24,000 nucleotides of DNA from Cyanobacteria bacterium J06635_1 (GTDB lineage: Bacteria > Cyanobacteriota > Cyanobacteriia > Phormidesmidales > Phormidesmidaceae). Positions 1 to 6,256 of the stretch are shown here, piece by piece. The DNA lies in the NCBI GenBank assembly GCA_039820425.1, contig JBCBQD010000032.1, positions 8,637-32,636 on the forward strand. The letters run 5' to 3'. Made by a program: the position numbers and the translations under genes. The notes under the pieces were generated by a model that was not told the DNA's origin, did not search any database, and saw only the letters and a program-made list of their open reading frames with translations. The stretch's first letter is position 1; every line of letters begins with the position of its first letter.

Positions 1-580
1 CGGCGGCCTCGTCACTGTTGCGATCGCGATTAAACTGCTCCACATCTAACCCAATTTGCTCAGCTAGCTCTGCATAATAGTCTTCGCCCAGACGATCTTG
101 ATAGGCAAACAGGCCATCGTGGTAGAGCCAAAACTGCCCCTGCTGCTGTGCAGCCCAGGTGGCTTTGGCCGCAGGCGTCGCCTCGGGATGGATACTATTG
201 AGGGGAAAGTGCTTGTAGACGTAAAGTACATCTTCCCGACCGTCCATAAAGGTTTTCATATCAGCCGATGCCACAGCACAATAGGGGCATTGAAAATCAG
301 AGAACTTAAATAGCACCACCTCGGCGTCCGGTGACCCCTTAGTGGGGGAGCCCCCAATCAGCTCAGCCCGAGATTGCTTACCCATCACAGCAGCAATATG
401 CTGCTGCCGAGCTTCCCACTCCGCCCGCGCATCCGCCTCCGGCGATTCAGACACCTCGGGGCTAGCCCCCGACGCATCGGCCTCCTCGGGCGGAGCAACC
501 CCTTGAGCACAGCCCAGTAAACTCAGGCAGAGCACCATCGTTAAACTAACAAAGCGGGGCTTAGATAGGGTTGCTTTCAT
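1..580 (-). CDS. DsbA/thioredoxin-fold thiol:disulfide oxidoreductase, predicted lipoprotein (3' end beyond window edge)
   Basis: Absent from the ORF track because it stays open to the left edge. Reverse translation from ATG (complement of 578-580) gives MKATLSKPRFVSLTMVLCLSLLGCAQG..., a signal peptide with an LLGC lipobox. It continues ...VVLFKFSDFQCPYCAVASADMKTF (CPYC redox motif in a DsbA-like context) and ...HFPLNSIHPEA...QGQFWLYHDGLF. Confidence 0.75.
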   Translation of the reverse strand, partial: MKATLSKPRFVSLTMVLCLSLLGCAQGVAPPEEADASGASPEVSESPEADARAEWEARQQHIAAVMGKQSRAELIGGSPTKGSPDAEVVLFKFSDFQCPYCAVASADMKTFMDGREDVLYVYKHFPLNSIHPEATPAAKATWAAQQQGQFWLYHDGLFAYQDRLGEDYYAELAEQIGLDVEQFNRDRNSDEAA

Positions 581-625
581 ATCAAGGGCAGCACATTAGT
601 GTATAGCGACCTAGTCTAGCGTCTC

Positions 626-661
626 TAAAATATCTCGAACACTTAAAATATCTCGAACACT
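626..661. repeat. Perfect tandem duplication of an 18-nt unit (TAAAATATCTCGAACACT x2) between the mnmG stop and the DsbA-like start
   Basis: Read directly: 626-643 and 644-661 are identical. It lies 46-81 nt upstream of the minus-strand ATG at 580. Confidence 0.9.
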
Positions 662-684
662 CAGAAATCACAGCGCGTTGAATT

Positions 685-2622
685 CTATGAACGAATCGGA
701 TTTTTGTTCTCTGTTTTGTTCTCAAAGATGTTTTGTTTGCGATCGCATACCTCCAAATACACCAGCAGCGCATTAATATCGGCTGGGTTCACCCCACCAA
801 TGCGCGTTGCCTGTCCCACCGTCAGGGGTTTAACCGAATTCAACTTCTCCCTCGACTCTTTAGACAGAGTGCCAATGGTCATATAGTCGAGATCCTGGGG
901 CAGCGATCGGTTAGTCTGTTTTGAGACCTGCTCAATCTGCTTAACCTGTCGTTGGATATAGCCGGAATACTTAATGTCAATCTCGGCTCCCTCTTTCTCT
1001 GCCCGTGCCAGATCAGGGTTATCCAAACCATAGTGTTCTAGGCTGGCATAATGAAAGCCCGGACGCCGCAACAGATCTGCCAGGGTAATCGCATCTTTAA
1101 TCCGCTGGCCCGTATCCGCCATAATTTTTTGCCCAACTGGCTCATGGGCCTTCACACGGGTTTCATGCAATCTCTCTTTCTCAGCGGCAATCTTCTCCTG
1201 TTTATGGGTGTATAACGCCCAGCGGCGATCGTCGATTAGGCCAATCTCTCGCCCTAGCGGCGTCAACCGCTGATCCGCATTATCAGAGCGTAAAAGCAGA
1301 CGATATTCCGAACGCGAGGTGAGCATACGATAGGGTTCTCTCAAATCTTTAGTACACAGATCGTCAATCAGCGTCCCGATATAACTCCCTTCTCTTGGGA
1401 AGATAATCATCTCCTCGCTTCGTACAAACCGCACCGCATTGACACCCGCCACAAATCCCTGGGCGGCGGCTTCTTCGTAGCCAGTGGTGCCGTTGATTTG
1501 TCCGGCGCAAAACAGCCCTTCTATCTTTTTTGTCATCAGCGTAGGGTAACACTGGGTCGCAGGCAGAAAGTCATACTCCACCGCATAGGCCGGTCGCAGC
1601 ATGTCACAGTGCTCTAGCCCCGGCAGACTGCGCAGCATCGCCAGTTGGATTTTCTCCGACAGCCCTGTTGAGAACCCCTGCACATAGATTTCAGGGATCG
1701 TGCGGCCTTCTGGCTCTAAGAAAATCTGGTGGCTCTCTTTATCTGCAAAGCGGACAATCTTGTCTTCGATACTGGGGCAGTAGCGGGGCCCCTTAGACTC
1801 AACCCAGCCGCCATAAATCGGGGACAGGTGCAGATTTTCTTGGATAATCCGGTGGGTTTCAGCCGTGGTACGGGTGAGATGACAATCCATCGGTTCGCGC
1901 TCAACCCACACCTCGGGGTCAAAGCTAAACCAGCGCACATCCGGGTCACTGGGCTGTCGCTCTAGCACGTCAAAGTTAATTGAGCGGCGATCCACCCGCG
2001 CCGGGGTGCCTGTCTTCAGGCGTCCGGTTTCAAACCCAAGTTTATTCAGCGTCTCGGTCAGACCCACCGCTGCAAACTCCCCCGCTCGCCCGGCTGGCAT
2101 AGACTTGTTGCCCACCCAAATAATGCCCCCCAGGAAAGTCCCGGTGGTGAGGATCACGGCTTTGCAGCCAAAGGCCACCCCAAAATAGGTTTCAACCCCG
2201 ATGACTTCATCATTTTCCCCCAGCACCAAATCCGTCGCCATGCCTTCGCGCAGCACCAGGTTTTCCTGGTTCTCGACGATGGTTTTCATGATGGTCGCAT
2301 ATTCGCGCTTATCGGTTTGCGCCCGCAGTGCCCAAACCGCTGGCCCCCGCGAGCTATTCAGGACCCGCTTTTGCAAATAGGTGCGATCGGCCATTTTACC
2401 GATCTCGCCCCCCAGGGCATCCACCTCATGGGTGAGCTGAGATTTGGCCGGTCCCCCTACTGCCGGGTTACAAGGCTGCCAGGCAATCCGGTCTAAGTTT
2501 AGGGTCAGCAGCAACGTCCGGCAGCCGAGCCGAGCCGAGGCCAGCGCCGCTTCACAGCCAGAATGACCCGCCCCAACGACGACGACATCAAATTCATCTA
2601 AAAAATCTACAGCTGCACTCAT
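685..2622 (-). CDS. mnmG: tRNA uridine 5-carboxymethylaminomethyl modification enzyme MnmG (GidA)
   Basis: 645-aa ORF. N-terminal FAD-binding motif [14 protein letters not shown]. Family-typical blocks: [48 protein letters not shown] and the C-terminal [15 protein letters not shown]. Confidence 0.97.
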   Translation of the reverse strand: MSAAVDFLDEFDVVVVGAGHSGCEAALASARLGCRTLLLTLNLDRIAWQPCNPAVGGPAKSQLTHEVDALGGEIGKMADRTYLQKRVLNSSRGPAVWALRAQTDKREYATIMKTIVENQENLVLREGMATDLVLGENDEVIGVETYFGVAFGCKAVILTTGTFLGGIIWVGNKSMPAGRAGEFAAVGLTETLNKLGFETGRLKTGTPARVDRRSINFDVLERQPSDPDVRWFSFDPEVWVEREPMDCHLTRTTAETHRIIQENLHLSPIYGGWVESKGPRYCPSIEDKIVRFADKESHQIFLEPEGRTIPEIYVQGFSTGLSEKIQLAMLRSLPGLEHCDMLRPAYAVEYDFLPATQCYPTLMTKKIEGLFCAGQINGTTGYEEAAAQGFVAGVNAVRFVRSEEMIIFPREGSYIGTLIDDLCTKDLREPYRMLTSRSEYRLLLRSDNADQRLTPLGREIGLIDDRRWALYTHKQEKIAAEKERLHETRVKAHEPVGQKIMADTGQRIKDAITLADLLRRPGFHYASLEHYGLDNPDLARAEKEGAEIDIKYSGYIQRQVKQIEQVSKQTNRSLPQDLDYMTIGTLSKESREKLNSVKPLTVGQATRIGGVNPADINALLVYLEVCDRKQNIFENKTENKNPIRS

Positions 2623-2782
2623 GGGCGTTGAAAAGGAACTGAACTCAGTCTATTCTAGGGCGTCTAACTGAAGCTGAGAAATCCAGTTGGGAGCAAGGGG
2701 GCGGTAGAGCAGCGGAGCAGCCTCTACAGATAGCCAATCAGATGCCATATACTTGAAGCAATTTTGGGCCTTATTGCGGTCG

Positions 2783-3167
2783 ATGACTATGGTTACGCTA
2801 CAACTGCGTCAGTTAGATGTGCCACCTGGGCAACGATTGCTGCTCCGGGATGTCAGCTGGGCTGCTTTTGAAGCTATCTTGGCAGAGTTGGGAGAAAATC
2901 GCGGGACGCGCATCACCTATGACAATCACCGCTCACACCCATCCAGAAACCTACGCAGCGCTGGGGGTGCCAGAGCTGTGGCAGACCATTCGCATCTATC
3001 AGCTGCAAGCAGGGCAGTCTGTAGAAGTTGCCGATAGCCCAACCTTTCCAGGCTGGGCATTGCAGGCTGAGATCCCTGAATATGTAAGACAAAGCCAGGT
3101 CAAGGGACGCAATCGGGCCATGCGCTCATTTCGGCAGTGGGGCAAGAGCCGGTTACAATGCTCCTGA
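2783..3167 (+). pseudogene. Decayed Uma2-family (DUF820, PD-(D/E)XK) endonuclease gene with an internal deletion and frameshift
   Basis: Frame 1 (ORF 2753..3037) has the typical Uma2 N-terminus: MVTLQLRQLDVPPGQRLLLRDVSWAAFEAILAELGENRGTRITYDN. The family C-terminus continues in another frame (ORF 2817..3167): ...THPETYAALGVPELW...IYQLQAGQSVEVADSPTFPGWALQAEIPEYVRQSQVKGRNRAMRSFRQW. The central catalytic core, roughly 100 aa in intact members, is missing at about 2925-2935. Confidence 0.7.
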
Positions 3168-3271
3168 GCCTTTCTCTTAAAACGCTTGTAGCTCCTAGGC
3201 TGGGGTTGAGGCACGTAGCCTGATTCCCGCAGGGTAATCTAGCAGAGTTTTTTTGGGGCGTTAGATTGAAT

Positions 3272-3281
3272 AGAACGTTCT
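3272..3281. promoter_or_regulatory. Perfect 10-bp palindrome AGAACGTTCT nested in TAGAA-N6-TTCTA, upstream of the HAD-like gene
   Basis: Read directly in an otherwise non-coding 320-nt spacer. A regulatory function is only inferred. Confidence 0.25.
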
Positions 3282-3486
3282 TTCTAGATCCGATGCAGTA
3301 AATCGTTGATTTTGCGTGAATCCGGTAGCTGCCTATACCAAAGTGATAAATAATCCTACGAAATGATACTCTTCAAGGTTTTTTGATATAGAGTGTGGGT
3401 GGGGTTTGGAATCAGGGTTTCTACCCCATTGCCCTGCGAGGTCGATGCGATCGCGCAGGGTTCGTTTTGGGCACACGCCACGTTTT

Positions 3487-4278
3487 ATGAAATCCCCCGA
3501 TGTTATTGCCTTTGACTTTGACGGCGTCATCTGCGACGGCCTGATCGAATATTTTCAAACCGCCTGGCAAGCCTACTGTCAGCTTCTCTCTCCAGCCAAT
3601 CCAACTCCCCCCGAGGGCCTGGCGGCACGGTTTTACAAACTGCGGCCGGTGATCGAAACAGGCTGGGAAATGCCAATGATACTTAAGGCGGTTTTAGACG
3701 GGTATTCCGATGCCGACATTATTGATCAGTGGCCTGAGATGGCCAAGCCCTGGTTAACCGCAGCGAACCTATCCCCGAAAACTGTGGCCAATGCGGTAGA
3801 CGGGGTGCGCGATCGCTGGATTCAAGCTGATTTGGATGGCTGGTTGGGGCAGCACCAGTTTTATTCGGGTCTGTTGGGGGTGCTAAAAGGTGCCATCTCA
3901 ACCCTTCCTACTTATATAGTCAGCACGAAAGAAAGCCGCTTCATCCAAAAGCTGTTGCACCAACATGGCGTAGATATCGACCCCCGACAGATTTTTGGCA
4001 AAGACGTCAAACGCCCTAAATACGAAACCCTCAGGCTGCTACTCGAGCAACATGCCGCCTCAGCCCCCCCGACCCTATGGTTTATCGAAGATCGCATCAA
4101 AGCACTCCAAGCCGTTAAACAACAGCCTGATCTGACCGACGTAAACCTTTTTCTTGCCGACTGGGGCTATAACCTTGAGTCTGATCGGCAAACTGCCCGT
4201 GAAGATAATCGAATCCATCTGCTATCGTTAGAACGAGTAGTACAAGAGTTCGAGTTTTGGGTAGAGGGTAAAGAGTAG
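3487..4278 (+). CDS. HAD-superfamily hydrolase-like protein
   Basis: I place the start at ATG 3487 (MKSPDVIAFDFDGVICDG...) rather than the track start 3406. HAD motif I is DFDGV. A later STKESR block fits the motif II Ser/Thr, and FIEDR fits the acidic motif IV. The upstream 27 codons of the track ORF look non-coding. Confidence 0.72.
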   Translation: MKSPDVIAFDFDGVICDGLIEYFQTAWQAYCQLLSPANPTPPEGLAARFYKLRPVIETGWEMPMILKAVLDGYSDADIIDQWPEMAKPWLTAANLSPKTVANAVDGVRDRWIQADLDGWLGQHQFYSGLLGVLKGAISTLPTYIVSTKESRFIQKLLHQHGVDIDPRQIFGKDVKRPKYETLRLLLEQHAASAPPTLWFIEDRIKALQAVKQQPDLTDVNLFLADWGYNLESDRQTAREDNRIHLLSLERVVQEFEFWVEGKE

Positions 4279-4410
4279 AGATTTTGATAGAGGGAAGATG
4301 GGGAAGATGGAGTAGGCGGACACGGAAATAGGGAGACGCAGGGACGCGGAGAGGTAGGGGCTGGCCCAGTGCGGCGGCTCGGCTGAGCTCGCAGAAGACC
4401 TACCATCTCT
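4279..4410 (+). repeat. Post-stop purine-arm/pyrimidine-arm element (HAD-like gene 3' flank)
   Basis: Begins right after the stop at 4276-4278. Contains the tandem GGGAAGATG x2. The left arm AGATGGAGTAGG (4305-4316) is near-complementary to CCTACCATCTCT (4399-4410). Confidence 0.55.
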
Positions 4411-4475
4411 GAAGTCAGTTAAATACGGAGAAACACCCTATAGGGCAAGCATTTCGCCTGCCAGAGGAAAGATCG

Positions 4476-5849
4476 ATGCTGGATCTAACTAAACTAGCTA
4501 TCCAAATGCAGGGCATCAGCAAGCATCTTGCCAAGGAAGCTGAGGCAGCCCAGCGGCGCATCAAAATTGCCCATACCCTGTTGCAACAAGCCACCCCTCG
4601 TCATGCTGAGCTAATCGAGCAGCTTTACGACTATCGCCCCCAGCTAGGCTTTACCGTTGCTGAACCGATCGAGCCGCTGGATACACGCATTGCTCTCTCC
4701 CCAGCCCCTGAGACCCACACCGTTCTCGCCACCGATGGTTCGCAAATCAACCCCAGCCACCACGAGATTGCCTACTGCTATCTGCTCAACGTCGGTCGTG
4801 TCATCTTGCACTACGGCCAGAGTCGCTACCCGCTGCTCGATAGCCTACCCGAGGTGATCTATCGCCCCGAAGATCTCTACGCCTCACGGCAATGGGGCAT
4901 TCGCACCGAAGAGTGGATGGGATATCGGCGGACAGTGGCAGAGGCTGTGGTGTTGGCGGAGATGGCGCAGGAGATAGGAGATAGGAGTCAGGAGTCAGGA
5001 GAGGGGAAAGGGCGAAAGGCGAAGGGGGAAGGGCGAAAGGGAGCAGAGGGGGCAGAGGGGGCAGAGGGGGCAGAGGGGGCAGAGGGTCTCCTGTCTGCCC
5101 AAGCCACCAGTATTGATAAGAGAAATTCGGTACTCACCCGTCCCCACCTCCCCACCTCCCCACCTCCCCACTCAAAATCCAAAATCCCCTCCCTCGCCAT
5201 GACGGATGGCTCCTTGATCTACTGGTTCCTCGACCAGATGCCTGCCGCGGCGAGGGACTGCATCCTGGAGCCCATACTCGCTGCGTGGGATCAGCTTAGG
5301 CAAGCACAGGTGCCGATTGTGGGCTATATCAGTGCGTCGCGCAGTGGTGAGGCGCTGAACTTTTTGCGATTGCAGAGCTGCCCTTTTGATGGCCCAGACT
5401 GTGCCACGCACTGCGAGGGGCAAACGGACGGTGCGCCCTGTCAGGTGTTTTCGCCGCTGCGGGATGTGACACTGTGGTCAGCGTTGCTGCAGCCAGGGGA
5501 AAGGGGACCGATCTTCAAAAGCTCAGCGGATATTTTGCAGCTTTACGGGGAAAATGCCATCTATTTTTGTTATGTGCATGTGGGTTCAGAGATAGCACGG
5601 GTTGAGTTTCCTCAATGGGTGACAGAAGACACTGTTCTGTTGGACACGGCCCTGGGGTTAACCCTGACTCAAGTTCAAAAGGGATATGGGTACCCGGTGG
5701 CGCTGGCAGAGTCGCACAATCAGGCGGTGGTGAGAGGGGGCGATCGCAACCGCTTCTTTGCCCTACTTGAGCAACAAATGATTAAAGCGGGTTTGCAAAA
5801 TGTCGGCACCTCTTATAAAGAGGCACGCAAGCGGGGCAGCATTGCCTAG
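4476..5849 (+). CDS. NurA-domain-like nuclease (conserved cyanobacterial protein) carrying an in-frame repeat insertion
   Basis: 457-aa ORF. The blocks VLATDGSQINPSHHEIAYCYLLNVG and AMTDGSLIYWFLD, plus GYGYPVALAESHNQAVVRGGDR, match my recollection of NurA-type (RNase H-like fold) proteins. aa 166-240 are low-complexity sequence encoded by the repeat cassette. Confidence 0.6.
   Translation: MLDLTKLAIQMQGISKHLAKEAEAAQRRIKIAHTLLQQATPRHAELIEQLYDYRPQLGFTVAEPIEPLDTRIALSPAPETHTVLATDGSQINPSHHEIAYCYLLNVGRVILHYGQSRYPLLDSLPEVIYRPEDLYASRQWGIRTEEWMGYRRTVAEAVVLAEMAQEIGDRSQESGEGKGRKAKGEGRKGAEGAEGAEGAEGAEGLLSAQATSIDKRNSVLTRPHLPTSPPPHSKSKIPSLAMTDGSLIYWFLDQMPAAARDCILEPILAAWDQLRQAQVPIVGYISASRSGEALNFLRLQSCPFDGPDCATHCEGQTDGAPCQVFSPLRDVTLWSALLQPGERGPIFKSSADILQLYGENAIYFCYVHVGSEIARVEFPQWVTEDTVLLDTALGLTLTQVQKGYGYPVALAESHNQAVVRGGDRNRFFALLEQQMIKAGLQNVGTSYKEARKRGSIA
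4971..5195 (+). repeat. Composite short-tandem-repeat cassette inside the NurA-like ORF
   Basis: Read directly. The modules in order are (GGAGATA)x2, (GGAGTCA)x2, GGGCGAAAGG-type G-rich modules, a 9-nt unit GCAGAGGGG x5 (5043-5086), about 50 nt of unique sequence, (CCCCACCT)x3 (5142-5169), (CAAAATC)x2, and CCCCTCCCTCGCC. The length is 225 nt, or 75 codons. Confidence 0.9.
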
Positions 5850-5889
5850 GGCCAAAAATTCTGTACAGGTGTGTATATAAAAGTTTTCT

Positions 5890-5908
5890 ATCAAAAATAT
5901 TTTTTGAT
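5890..5908. promoter_or_regulatory. AT-rich inverted repeat ATCAAAAA-N3-TTTTTGAT
   Basis: Read directly in the 407-nt spacer upstream of the PstS-like gene. Function is inferred only. Confidence 0.2.
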
Positions 5909-5965
5909 CACGAAAAAACCTTTGAAAGGTATAGATGACAAGGTTTTTGACACAAAATGACAACT

Positions 5966-5985
5966 TTTGGCAAATATCTGCCAAA
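5966..5985. promoter_or_regulatory. Perfect inverted repeat TTTGGCA-N6-TGCCAAA (candidate operator)
   Basis: Read directly, about 270 nt upstream of the ATG at 6257. I could not match it to a known cyanobacterial regulator consensus. Confidence 0.25.
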
Positions 5986-6256
5986 TTTGAATTAATCCTT
6001 AAGACAGGGGTACTATCTCCGTAATTTCCTCGAAAATACCAGGGAGGTTACTTTTTTGACTCCGGCTCGTACCGTACTCTAAACCGTGTGGTATTGTTCT
6101 TGCGGTTTATTTGAGCCCTTCTGGACCTGATGCGTGAGGCGTGAGCGCTGTCTGAATACCTCGGTGTCTGTTATCGAGATAACTCAGGACTAGCGGACTA
6201 AAGCACTATGCTCAGGGTGAAATCACCGAATCCTTAGTAGGCCCCTTTAGATACCT

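Noticed and set aside
3406-3486. N-terminal extensions of track ORFs (3406, 14168, 14801, 22078, 19465)
   Set aside because: In each case the conserved family N-terminus begins at a downstream Met, with better context: HAD at 3487, S14 at 14270, the large protein at 14855, PsaL at 22192 and Ycf48 at 19408. The upstream codons look non-coding.
4971-5195. Possibility that the repeat arrays here and at 8612-8806 and 21825-22012 are CRISPR arrays
   Set aside because: Units are 7-9 nt and directly contiguous. There are no 25-40 nt repeats, no unique spacers of similar length, and no cas genes in the window.
2753-5849. Uma2 remnant + HAD-like + NurA-like as a defence or mobile island
   Set aside because: There is no integrase, transposase, ATPase partner, flanking tRNA or terminal repeats. 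I saw no obvious compositional break from the rest of the window, and HIP1 sites occur within this stretch too. The Uma2 gene is dead and the others look like conserved chromosomal genes.
5986-6010. Pho-box-like sequence (ATTAATCC TTAAGACA) upstream of the PstS-like gene
   Set aside because: Only two abutting, imperfect octamers are present. They lack the roughly 11-bp spacing and the three or more direct repeats expected for SphR/PhoB sites.
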